Source: Desulfobacterales bacterium
Lineage (GTDB): Bacteria > Desulfobacterota > Desulfobacteria > Desulfobacterales > JAHEIW01
Length of the DNA stretch: 64,000 bases
Assembly: GCA_030066985.1 (NCBI GenBank)
Contig: JASJAN010000018.1
Span: 1,742-65,741 of the forward strand
Direction: 5' to 3'
The position numbers were made by a program, and so were the translations under genes. Below are positions 18,764-27,733 of the stretch, piece by piece. Numbering within the stretch: position 1 is the stretch's first letter; every line of letters begins with the position of its first letter. The notes below the pieces were generated by a model. That model searched no databases. It worked only from the letters and a program-made list of their open reading frames with translations, and was not told the DNA's origin.

Positions 18764-19945
18764 TTATGTGTATTTCTTGATTGCCCTTTCAAAGCCCGGC
18801 ATCGAATTTTTAATCACATGGTCATCCACGCAAAACGCAATTCTAAAGTGACCAGGTCCATCAAAGCCGCTGCCCGGCACCACCAGAACACGTTCCTCTT
18901 TAAGCGCATTGGCAAATTCGACATCGTCTGGAATCGGTGAGCGCGGAAAAAGGTAAAATGTCCCCGGCGGTTTGATAAATTCATATCCAAATGCGGCCAG
19001 GCCATCACACAGCATTTCCCGTTTACGTGCATATTCAGTTATCTCCACACTCATCCCCTGCATGCAGGCTACCACGCGCTGCATCAGCGCCGGTGCATTG
19101 ACAAAGCCCAAAATGCGATTGGCAACCGTCATACCGGCGACCAGATCGTTTTTATAGGTGGCCGCGGGGTTAATAGCAATAAATCCGATGCGCTCACCGG
19201 GAATTGAAATATCCTTCGAATAGGAGGTGCCGATAATGCTTTCTTTATAGCTGGTAAATATGCTCGGCACTTTAACATTGTCGTAAACGATTTTACGATA
19301 GGGTTCGTCTGAGACCAGGTAGATCGTGCGTTTGTAATCTTTGCTCTTCTTTTCCAATAAGGCACCCAGTGCCACCAGATCTTCTTCAGGGTAAACCTGC
19401 CCGGTCGGGTTGTTGGGCGAGTTGATCAATACGGCTTTGGTTTTTGCGGTAATGGCGTCGGACATGGCATCTAAATCGAGTTGAAAATCGGGTTTGGACT
19501 GAACCGTTTTTAAGACCCCGCCATGATTGTCGGCATAAAATTTATATTCAACAAAACAGGGCGCCGGTGTAAGAACTTCGTCACCCGGATCAAGTATCGT
19601 TTTCAAAGCCACGTTGAGAGCACCCGAGGCGCCGCACGTCATCATGACTTCAAAGTCGGTAACTGGGGCTTGCTGTTCTTCAGCCAAATAATCGGCTACA
19701 GAGCCGCACACCATCGGATAACCGGTATTGGGCATATAGCAATGATCCCCCAGCCCGCAGGAGTCCACCGTATCCCTGAGCAATTCATTAAATTTTTCGG
19801 GCGGTGGCAAATTCGGATTTCCCAGGCTAAAATCATAGACTTTATCGGATCCGTATTGAGCCTTGAGTTGCGCTCCTTCTTCAAACATCTTCCGGATGAA
19901 AGACGCCCTTGATATGATATCTTCAATTTTCTTCGAAATGCTCAT
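18764..19945 (-). CDS. Class I/II PLP aminotransferase (AlaA/AspC-like)
   Basis: INSPNNPTG and SYSKDISIPGERIGF. SD GAGGTTGGAGAG upstream. Confidence 0.85.
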   Translation of the reverse strand: MSISKKIEDIISRASFIRKMFEEGAQLKAQYGSDKVYDFSLGNPNLPPPEKFNELLRDTVDSCGLGDHCYMPNTGYPMVCGSVADYLAEEQQAPVTDFEVMMTCGASGALNVALKTILDPGDEVLTPAPCFVEYKFYADNHGGVLKTVQSKPDFQLDLDAMSDAITAKTKAVLINSPNNPTGQVYPEEDLVALGALLEKKSKDYKRTIYLVSDEPYRKIVYDNVKVPSIFTSYKESIIGTSYSKDISIPGERIGFIAINPAATYKNDLVAGMTVANRILGFVNAPALMQRVVACMQGMSVEITEYARKREMLCDGLAAFGYEFIKPPGTFYLFPRSPIPDDVEFANALKEERVLVVPGSGFDGPGHFRIAFCVDDHVIKNSMPGFERAIKKYT

Positions 19946-20141
19946 CTCTCCAACCTCATAATTTAGAGATTAACTTATTGGATGCCTTTAGTAGATTTTT
20001 ATTATTATTCTCAGCTGGTTATACCTTGCACCTAAACTTCCATTAAGGCTGTAATTATCGTTAGAAATGAAATTTCAGTTTACGCTAATAAAGATTGATT
20101 GAGACTTTTGAAAAATTTTCAATTTTGTTCAATTTCGAGAA

Positions 20142-20201
20142 AGACGAAGATTTTAATTTGAGGCATACTTTTGGGTATGTCGAGGATTAAAATCTGCGTC
20201 T
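20142..20201. repeat. 27-nt-arm imperfect hairpin downstream of the epimerase gene (REP-like or terminator)
   Basis: AGACGAAGATTTTAATTTGAGGCATAC (20142-20168) pairs with GTATGTCGAGGATTAAAATCTGCGTCT (20175-20201). Confidence 0.5.
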
Positions 20202-20242
20202 GACAAAGAAATTGGGCAAAAGGGGATGTTTTTCAAAGGTCT

Positions 20243-20659
20243 CTATTCGAATTCTTTCCACTTATAATCTATCAGTTCAAGCAAAACCCCATTCATTTTC
20301 TTGGGATGAATGAAAGCAAACTCACAATCTCTGAATGGTCGTGCGCCGCCGATAAAAGGATAATCTTTTTCCTTTAATTCTGCCATGGAATCGCGGGTAT
20401 TATCGACATTAAAAGCGATCAGCATCACGCCCTCACCCCGTTTTTCGATGAATTTAGCGACATCGCCATCCGGAGTGGTCGATTCCATCAGTTCAAAGCC
20501 GACTTCACCGACCCAGTAGCGGGCCACCTTAATTTTCTCAGGCTCATCTATGTATTCATCGTCGGGCTTGTCTTTTCCCAACACCGGCTCCCAGACCTTT
20601 CTGGCCTCATCAAGGTTTTTGACCGCAATGCAGATATGGTCGACTTTGTTTACTTTCAT
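20243..20659 (-). CDS. mce: Methylmalonyl-CoA epimerase (VOC/glyoxalase fold)
   Basis: 138 aa. VDHICIAVKNLDEARKVW is a typical N-terminus for this family. SD GAGGAGGG upstream. Confidence 0.65.
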   Translation of the reverse strand: MKVNKVDHICIAVKNLDEARKVWEPVLGKDKPDDEYIDEPEKIKVARYWVGEVGFELMESTTPDGDVAKFIEKRGEGVMLIAFNVDNTRDSMAELKEKDYPFIGGARPFRDCEFAFIHPKKMNGVLLELIDYKWKEFE

Positions 20660-20854
20660 CCTACCCTCCTCTATTCCGGCCGAACAAATTTTAAAATGGC
20701 TGGCGTTAATTAAACCTGCAGTTCGATTTTACTATAGAAGGTTACCTTGTCAAGCGGTATGCTGATCGCATTGTCCGGATAGATGCAGCTACATTCATTG
20801 CGTTCTTCACACAATAATTCAGAATAATCCCATTCCAACAATGTTTCCGCTATT

Positions 20855-21133
20855 TCACATCCGCCTTTTATAGTTTAAACATTCGGCTGAATTGGATTGC
20901 TGTGCTTTAAAAGCGGCAACAAGCAAATTGAAGGTATGGTCCAAATTATCAAACAGGCAATAAGACCTATCCGTTAACAACCACCGTGTAATAATGTGGT
21001 CCATGGTTCCAACAAAAATATCGCGCGCGCTTATCGGGTCGAGATCCGGCTTCATTTCTCAGGTTTTTTGGCCTTCTTCCAAAATGTCAAACAGGTAGCA
21101 ATAGAACTTTTTGACATTTCGGTAAAAATCCTG
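20855..21133 (-). pseudogene. TetR-family regulator remnant (C-terminal domain only, interrupted by stops)
   Basis: The reverse frame reads ...YRNVKKFYCYLFDILEEGQKT-TGA-EMKPDLDPISARDIFVGTMDHIITRWLL... The in-frame TGA is at 21059-21061, with a second stop at 21134-21136. I found no HTH domain upstream. Confidence 0.45.
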
Positions 21134-21356
21134 TCAAGGACATTTTTTCGTTGAAAGCGCACATGATGTCATTTATATTTCACCGACCGCTGCATTTGTT
21201 TTCTATATCCGACCTCAAAAGCCCAGCAATTAATAGGCAAAGCGGTCGATAAATTTATAATTATATGCTATAGATACCACATAATCCAAGGCTGCACTCC
21301 CATCTGATGAAGATCGCCCCTTGCCGGGCAATTGAATAACACACTGATCGTTTCCA

Positions 21357-21962
21357 TTGCATACGGCTATGAAATCTATTATTGCTTGCCATGAATGTGA
21401 TTTGCTGCATAAACCCCAGCGTTGTCCCCCGGGCGGAACAGCCAGATGTATCCGCTGCGGGGCTGTGCTGTACCGGCATAAACAAAACAGTATGGACCGC
21501 GTACTCGCCTTGACAGTGGCCGGACTGATTCTTTTTATTATCGCCAATGCGTATCCGTTTCTGACTTTTAGGTTGGAAGCCCAGATCCAGCAAACCAATC
21601 TGATTACCGGGGTTGTTGAGCTCTACCGGCAAGGCATGTGGATCGTGGCCGGTGTAGTGCTGTTGACGACCATTGTGATCCCTTTGCTTGAGCTTTCAGG
21701 TATGCTGTTTATCATGGTCCCATTGAAAATGGGCCGGCAGCCCTGGAAACTGGCCCTGCTCTTTCGCACGGTGCGCAGTTTTCGGCCCTGGGGCATGATG
21801 GAAGTTTTTATGATCGGCATATTGGTAGCCGCCGTCAAGCTCATTAAGATGGCCAATATTATCCCCGGCATTGCCTTATATGCGTTTATGATTCTTATTT
21901 TTATACTTGCGGCGTCAGCAGCAGCGCTAGATTCACATATGGTATGGAAAAAATTGGACTAA
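21357..21962 (+). CDS. pqiA: PqiA-family membrane protein, first half-size copy
   Basis: Zinc-ribbon CHECD...CIRCG followed by 4 TM segments. 201 aa. Confidence 0.8.
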   Translation: MHTAMKSIIACHECDLLHKPQRCPPGGTARCIRCGAVLYRHKQNSMDRVLALTVAGLILFIIANAYPFLTFRLEAQIQQTNLITGVVELYRQGMWIVAGVVLLTTIVIPLLELSGMLFIMVPLKMGRQPWKLALLFRTVRSFRPWGMMEVFMIGILVAAVKLIKMANIIPGIALYAFMILIFILAASAAALDSHMVWKKLD

Positions 21963-22609
21963 GGCCAATGAACAGACCACCGCTTACTGCTAAGACGGCT
22001 TCACTGATCAGCTGTGATAAATGTCATTTGCTATGCAAAGATTTGCCAGAGCTTGAGGGCCTCTCTACAATTTGCCCACGTTGTGGTTCACGCCTTCACT
22101 CTCGCAAGCCCAACAGCATTGGCCGCACCTGGGCGCTGATCATTGCTGCTTTCATTTTTTACATACCGGCCAATGTGCTGCCGATTACCAAAGTGATTTC
22201 ATTTGGCAAAGCACAGTCGGATACCATCATGAGCGGTGTCATTTATTTTGTCCAATCCGGCAGCTGGCCCATTGCGCTGGTTATTTTTGTGGCCAGTGTT
22301 TTTGTCCCGCTGCTAAAGCTATTTTTGCTGACCTTCTTATTAATTTCAGTCCAACGCAAATCCCAGTGGCGACCCAAAGACCGCACACGGCTTTACCGCA
22401 TAACCGAAGCGGTTGGTCGCTGGTCGATGGTTGATATCTACGTGGTCACCATTTTAGTCGCCCTGGTCAAACTGGGTTCTTTGGCAACCATCGAGGCCGG
22501 CCCCGGTGCTGTTTTCTTTGCCGGTGTGGTGATTATCACCATGTTTGCGGCCATGAGCTTTGACCCCAGACTGATCTGGGACACACAGGAGCCAAATAAT
22601 GAACGCTGA
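21944..22609 (+). CDS. pqiA: PqiA-family membrane protein, second half-size copy
   Basis: Zinc-ribbon CDKCH...CPRCG followed by 4 TM segments. The start is ATG 21944 (19-nt overlap with the first copy) or ATG 21968. Confidence 0.8.
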   Translation: MEKIGLRPMNRPPLTAKTASLISCDKCHLLCKDLPELEGLSTICPRCGSRLHSRKPNSIGRTWALIIAAFIFYIPANVLPITKVISFGKAQSDTIMSGVIYFVQSGSWPIALVIFVASVFVPLLKLFLLTFLLISVQRKSQWRPKDRTRLYRITEAVGRWSMVDIYVVTILVALVKLGSLATIEAGPGAVFFAGVVIITMFAAMSFDPRLIWDTQEPNNER

Positions 22610-24263
22610 AATCAACCTTGAACCGGATTTGGAGGATTTACCGCCAGCGCAGGTTCAAACCAAAAAACAAATTTCAATTGTCTGGCTGATCCCGATTGTC
22701 GCCGTTCTGATCGGTGGCTGGCTGGCATACAAAGGATTGTCAGAAAAAGGACCGATGGTGGCCATCACCTTTGAATCCGCTGAAGGACTGGAAGCCGGTA
22801 AAACCCTGGTCAAGTATAAAGATGTAAAAATTGGACAGGTGGAAACCATCCGCTTCAACGCCGATTTGACCCGGGTGATCGTCAAGGCTGAACTGGTCAA
22901 AGAGGCCGGACCTTTTTTGACGGAAAACACCCGTTTCTGGGTGGTGCGGCCCCGGGTGACCGCCAGTGGGGTCTCGGGCCTGGGAACTCTTTTTTCAGGT
23001 GCCTACATCGAAATGGACCCGGGTAATAAAGAGGGCCAGCCAGCCAGACGATTTAAGGGACTTGAGATCCCTCCCATTGTGACCACCGGCGTACCCGGCC
23101 GGGAATTTTTACTGCGCGCAAACAGCCTGGGCTCTTTGGATAACGGCTCGCCGGTATATTACCGCCAGATCCAGGTCGGTCAGGTGATTGGATATGATTT
23201 GGCCAAAGACGGGCGCTCTTTGACGATTAAAGTCTTTATCAATGCGCCGCATGACAAGTTGGTGCGCACCAACACCCGTTTCTGGAATGCCAGCGGTTTT
23301 GATTTAAAGTTTGATGCCGGCGGCTTCAAGCTCAACACCCAATCGATCGTGTCGATCATGATGGGCGGCATTGCCTTTGACACCCCCACCAGCCTTGAAA
23401 CCGGCGGGCCGCCCAAAGACAGCCAGATTTTCAGATTGTATGAAACCCGGGATAGCATTTTTGAGAGAACCTATACAGAAAAACAGCATTTTATCTTGCA
23501 CTTTGACGGGTCGATCCGAGGTTTGACCATAGGTGCACCGGTAGAATTCAGGGGCATCAGAATCGGGCAAGTTGTAGATATCAAACCGGAATGGGACCTC
23601 GAAAAGCTTTCCCCAAAAATTACTGTGCTGATTGAGACCGAACCCGAGCGCTGGGAAACCTTCGGTGAAGCCCGGATGGATGAAAAATCCGAACTCAATT
23701 CGCTCGTCGCCAAAGGTATGAGGGCCCAATTGAAAACCGGTAGTTTGCTGACCGGTCAATTGTACATCGATATAGATTTTCATCCTGATGCTCCCGAGGC
23801 ACAGGTGATATATGAAGGTCAATTTCCGGAATTGCCCACCATTCCCGCGCCCCTGCAGCTCATGACCGCACGGGTCAGCAGCCTTTTGAATAGAATCGAA
23901 ACAATACCCATCGAGAAAATAGGCAAAGACCTGGGGCAGACACTTGATAATGTGAATAAAATAACGTCTTCTAAAGAGTTGATGGAGGCTATTCGGGCCT
24001 TGGATCAAACCCTGCAAGAGACCCGCGAGCTCACTAAAAATTTAAATACAAATATTGCCCCATCCGTATCGGCGACCCTCGATCAGGCGCAGCAGACATT
24101 GGTATCTGTTGAGGGCACACTGGGCAAAGATTCACCTATGCAGCACGAGTTGAGACAGGCACTCAGAGAGCTGGGAGAAGCCGCTCGTTCCCTGCGGATT
24201 CTGCTTGATTATCTGGAACGCCACCCGGATGCTCTGATTTTCGGGAAAGGAAATGCACCATGA
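22599..24263 (+). CDS. pqiB: PqiB (multi-MCE-domain intermembrane transport protein)
   Basis: 554 aa. N-terminal TM anchor ISIVWLIPIVAVLIGGWLAY, repeated MCE domains and a C-terminal helical region. Confidence 0.85.
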   Translation: MNAEINLEPDLEDLPPAQVQTKKQISIVWLIPIVAVLIGGWLAYKGLSEKGPMVAITFESAEGLEAGKTLVKYKDVKIGQVETIRFNADLTRVIVKAELVKEAGPFLTENTRFWVVRPRVTASGVSGLGTLFSGAYIEMDPGNKEGQPARRFKGLEIPPIVTTGVPGREFLLRANSLGSLDNGSPVYYRQIQVGQVIGYDLAKDGRSLTIKVFINAPHDKLVRTNTRFWNASGFDLKFDAGGFKLNTQSIVSIMMGGIAFDTPTSLETGGPPKDSQIFRLYETRDSIFERTYTEKQHFILHFDGSIRGLTIGAPVEFRGIRIGQVVDIKPEWDLEKLSPKITVLIETEPERWETFGEARMDEKSELNSLVAKGMRAQLKTGSLLTGQLYIDIDFHPDAPEAQVIYEGQFPELPTIPAPLQLMTARVSSLLNRIETIPIEKIGKDLGQTLDNVNKITSSKELMEAIRALDQTLQETRELTKNLNTNIAPSVSATLDQAQQTLVSVEGTLGKDSPMQHELRQALRELGEAARSLRILLDYLERHPDALIFGKGNAP

Positions 24264-24871
24264 TGCGCACAGGATGTTTTTACAAAACCCTATGGTTGAT
24301 TCCGTTGGCTGCTCTATTGATCATCGGGTGCGGCAGTACGCCCAAGTCAGAATTCTATACGTTAAATTCGATGAGCTCCTCTCAAACAGCTGCCAACAGC
24401 ATCGCGGCCGCCTCATCGCTTTCCATTGGAATCGGTCCGGTGGTGCTACCTGAAGTGTTGGATCGCCCCCAGATTGTAATCCGCACGGGCCCCCATAAAC
24501 TGCAAATTGATGAGTTTCATCGCTGGGCGGGTCGCCTGGATGAAGACGTTGCCAGGGTCGTAGCGGAAAATATCTCTCAGATGCTGTCCATCGAGCAGGT
24601 GGCTGTCTATCCCTGGGATGTCAACTTTAAACCCCGCTATCAGATCATGATGGATATCCGGCATTTTGAAGGTCGTTTAGATGAAAGAGACGTTCTTTTG
24701 GAGGTGTTTTGGAAGGTCATCGAACCGCAAAAACAAGCAACACTGCGCATAAAAAGGACAATTATCCGGGAGCCTTTACCCGCCAAAGACTATGACACCC
24801 TGATGATCACAAAAAGCCAGGCAATTGAAAAGTTTAGCAAGTTAATCGTACAAGAAATCAATAACTTATAG
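24260..24871 (+). CDS. pqiC: PqiC-like ABC-type transport auxiliary lipoprotein (DUF330)
   Basis: Lipobox LLIIGC. ATGA overlap with the pqiB stop. 203 aa. Confidence 0.75.
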   Translation: MMRTGCFYKTLWLIPLAALLIIGCGSTPKSEFYTLNSMSSSQTAANSIAAASSLSIGIGPVVLPEVLDRPQIVIRTGPHKLQIDEFHRWAGRLDEDVARVVAENISQMLSIEQVAVYPWDVNFKPRYQIMMDIRHFEGRLDERDVLLEVFWKVIEPQKQATLRIKRTIIREPLPAKDYDTLMITKSQAIEKFSKLIVQEINNL

Positions 24872-24878
24872 ATATATC

Positions 24879-25829
24879 TTAAACTTTTATATAAACATTT
24901 TTAAGGAGCTTTTCAGCTGCTGTCACCGGATCGATTCTGCGATTTTTTAAATCTTCGAGCAGCGACTGATAGATAGGGGTGTCTTTATTGTCTCTAAAAA
25001 TTTTATCGGCCGCCAGATCCATCACCAATCGCTGAAACAAGCGAACAGTCTGCTGATCAGTGTGTTTGCGAAACAGGCCCTCATCCAGCAGAAACTGATG
25101 GTGACGCCAGCAGGCATCAACCACCTCTGAAAGTCCTTGGGCTTTGACCGCTGTTGTTTTAATAACCGGCGCAATCCAATTACCCGCTTGCTTTTTGCCC
25201 ATCGCCAGCATGCCCTGCAGCCGGGCCACTTCGTCATCCGCACCCGGCCGGTCCCCCTTATTAACAACAAAGATATCACCGATTTCCAGCAAGCCGGCTT
25301 TCAAGGATTGAATCTCATCGCCTGTCCCCGGCAAGCTGACCACAATGGTGGTGTGCGCAAATTCGATTATTTCGACCTCATCCTGGCCAACGCCGACGGT
25401 TTCAACAATCACGACGTCATAGCCCATGGCATCCAACACCAGAGCGACTTCGCGGGTTGTGGTGCTCAACCCGCCCATATGACCGCGCGTGGCCATCGAT
25501 CGGATGAACACACCGGCATCTTCGGTATGCTGCCGCATTCTAAGGCGGTCCCCTAAAAACGCTCCGCCAGTCAATGCGCTTGATGGGTCAACCGCCACTA
25601 CCCCCACCTTCAGGTCCTGTTGGCGGAATTCTGTGATCATTTGACTTACCAGCGTCGATTTGCCGGCTCCCGGCGGACCGGTGATGCCGATAATATAGGC
25701 CTTGCCGGTCTTGGAAAACAGGGCTTTGAGCCCGGCCAAACCGTCGGGTTCACCCTCTTCCAGCTGCCGAATCAACCTGGCACCCGCCAACTGGTCACCT
25801 GCGAGGATTTTCTTGATTTCTGTGTGCAT
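24879..25829 (-). CDS. meaB: MeaB/ArgK G3E-family GTPase (mutase chaperone)
   Basis: P-loop GITGPPGAGKSTL, VVNKGD and 316 aa. Confidence 0.85.
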   Translation of the reverse strand: MHTEIKKILAGDQLAGARLIRQLEEGEPDGLAGLKALFSKTGKAYIIGITGPPGAGKSTLVSQMITEFRQQDLKVGVVAVDPSSALTGGAFLGDRLRMRQHTEDAGVFIRSMATRGHMGGLSTTTREVALVLDAMGYDVVIVETVGVGQDEVEIIEFAHTTIVVSLPGTGDEIQSLKAGLLEIGDIFVVNKGDRPGADDEVARLQGMLAMGKKQAGNWIAPVIKTTAVKAQGLSEVVDACWRHHQFLLDEGLFRKHTDQQTVRLFQRLVMDLAADKIFRDNKDTPIYQSLLEDLKNRRIDPVTAAEKLLKNVYIKV

Positions 25830-25853
25830 GGTTGGATGATAAACGAAATCTCT

Positions 25854-26771
25854 TTAATCAATAAAATACAACCAGTTGGCAAAACGATCATCATTACCCG
25901 CAGAGATCGTGTTGAGGAGCTCGGCGATTTTGCAAGTCACCGGTCCGGGCACATTTGGTAGTTTACGATCATTAATCTGAGTGACCGGCAGGACCTTGAA
26001 AGGCGTGCTGGACAAAAAAACCTCCTGCGCTTCATTTAGCAGCTCGGGTTTTAATTGCTTCTCCGTGCATTTGATACCCGCTTCTTGAGCCGCTTCGAGG
26101 ATTGACATGCGCGTGATACTTTTAAGTACCGACCCGGTCCCCGGCGTCAACAGGCAACCGTCTTTGACCAGAAACGCTGATTCAGTGCCACCTTCGGCAA
26201 TAAACCCTTGCGTATCCAGCATAATGGCATGCTCAAAGCCCTTTTTTTGGGCTTCCAAACGAGCGACCATGCCGTTTAAATAATTGGCAGCCGCCTTGGC
26301 TTCAATCGGAACAGTTCTGGAATCCAGTTTACGCCACTTGCTCACATACGCGGTTGTTCCTTTTGTGAAGGGGTCGCCCTGGGCTCCCAAATCCTTTTCC
26401 GGATCGAGCGCAAACACCGAAACACTCAATTGGCTGTTGGGTGGAATAATCTCAAATGAAATTTCCGGAAAAAAGCAGATGACTTTGACAAACCCCTGTT
26501 TGAGGTCGTTGCGTTTTACGGTGCCAGCAACGGCATCACACAGTGCTTCTTTTGAGTGCGACAGCGCCATGTCCAGCAGCTCAGCCGACCGATAAAGACG
26601 ATCAATATGCGCTTCGAGTCTAAAGACAGCCGGACCGCGTGCAGTGCGGTAAAAGCTGATGACCTCAAAAATGGCCGACCCCCGACCAAAACTGTGACTC
26701 ATGATATGGACGGTGGCCTTTTCCCAGGGGATAAAATCGCCGTTTAACCAGACCATTCGATCTTCAACCAT
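25854..26771 (-). CDS. Class IV aminotransferase (branched-chain amino acid aminotransferase-like)
   Basis: 305 aa. Fold-type IV pattern (WLNGDFIPWEKA...HSFGRGSAIFE). SD AGAGGT upstream. Confidence 0.75.
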   Translation of the reverse strand: MVEDRMVWLNGDFIPWEKATVHIMSHSFGRGSAIFEVISFYRTARGPAVFRLEAHIDRLYRSAELLDMALSHSKEALCDAVAGTVKRNDLKQGFVKVICFFPEISFEIIPPNSQLSVSVFALDPEKDLGAQGDPFTKGTTAYVSKWRKLDSRTVPIEAKAAANYLNGMVARLEAQKKGFEHAIMLDTQGFIAEGGTESAFLVKDGCLLTPGTGSVLKSITRMSILEAAQEAGIKCTEKQLKPELLNEAQEVFLSSTPFKVLPVTQINDRKLPNVPGPVTCKIAELLNTISAGNDDRFANWLYFID

Positions 26772-26873
26772 TTGTTTACCTCTTTATTTTTATCTACTTT
26801 GCTGACTTATGGAGCCTGCTGATGTCCTAAATATTAAAAGCTTAACAATTTCTCATTGCTTTTTTTGCGAATT

Positions 26874-27527
26874 TTAACCGACCGACCAACTCCACAAATT
26901 CAAATCATACCGCAGCCATTTGAAGCGGTCGACGGCCTGCGGGGAAACATTGCTGCCGATTCGGCCCATCAGAAAGTTTTCCGGTTTCAAACATACGTTC
27001 GGCTCATTGGTCTCATATTGCTCGAAGCCAGAAGCCGCAAAGAGTTGAATAAGCGCTTGGCTGTATTCCTCTGCGCTTTTGCCGGTCCCCTTTAAATCCC
27101 AGGTCCATGAATACCCTACCAGATATACGATCATTTCTTCGACCCGGGGATGCTTCAGTAACAATTCTAGCATCCGGGGTGCAATTCCGGCCGAGCGCCA
27201 GGATCGACTGACTTCAACTGCTTTCACCTCCATCATGAGTCCCGGCCCCAATTGTGTCCAGCGCTCTTGTGGGTTGGGATCGGCCAAAACGCCAAAACCG
27301 ATGATCGTATTTTTCTTGTCAAGCGCAATGACCACATTAGCAGTGTCCTGATCGGCAATTTCCTCCAAACTTTCCCGCTGGGTATACAGTGATGTATAGT
27401 CATCGCTAACACCAAACTGTGTATCAAATCCGTATCGCTTTATCTCTGCCGATCGACAAAACGAACGGATGCGCACATCACCATGCGGTGTCGTCAATAC
27501 AGATTCAATCGGTACAGGTGAGGTCAT
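26874..27527 (-). CDS. acuA: AcuA-like GNAT protein acetyltransferase
   Basis: 217 aa. The C-terminal two thirds run parallel to my recollection of Bacillus AcuA: AVEVSRSWRSAGIA...YSWTWDLKGTGKS...CLKPENFLMGRIGSNVSPQAVDRF. Confidence 0.55.
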   Translation of the reverse strand: MTSPVPIESVLTTPHGDVRIRSFCRSAEIKRYGFDTQFGVSDDYTSLYTQRESLEEIADQDTANVVIALDKKNTIIGFGVLADPNPQERWTQLGPGLMMEVKAVEVSRSWRSAGIAPRMLELLLKHPRVEEMIVYLVGYSWTWDLKGTGKSAEEYSQALIQLFAASGFEQYETNEPNVCLKPENFLMGRIGSNVSPQAVDRFKWLRYDLNLWSWSVG

Positions 27528-27652
27528 ATGCTGATAAGTCCGTACCAGGGTTAGATTAGAGCTAATTTAGACTGTGGATAAGATCCAATAACAATGACCC
27601 CAAGGTGACGTCAAGAAGATTGCACCACTTTCACCTTTAATATTGCAAGGAT

Positions 27653-27702
27653 GCAAAAAGAAAAATGGCAGGCAAATACCATAAGGTTTTAAGCCTGCCA
27701 TT
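27653..27702 (-). terminator. Rho-independent terminator after bamA
   Basis: Perfect 10-bp stem AATGGCAGGC (27664-27673) / GCCTGCCATT (27693-27702). On the minus strand it is followed by TTTTTCTTTTT. It lies 32 nt after the bamA stop. Confidence 0.75.
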
Positions 27703-27733
27703 CTGCATGAACTCTTATGCAAATTCAGGTGAA

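Noticed and set aside
21059-21061. In-frame TGA as a selenocysteine codon
   Set aside because: A second stop lies 24 codons upstream and no DNA-binding domain is present, so decay is the simpler explanation.
23304-24017. 237-aa minus-strand ORF
   Set aside because: It is antisense to pqiB, with no recognisable domain and no SD.
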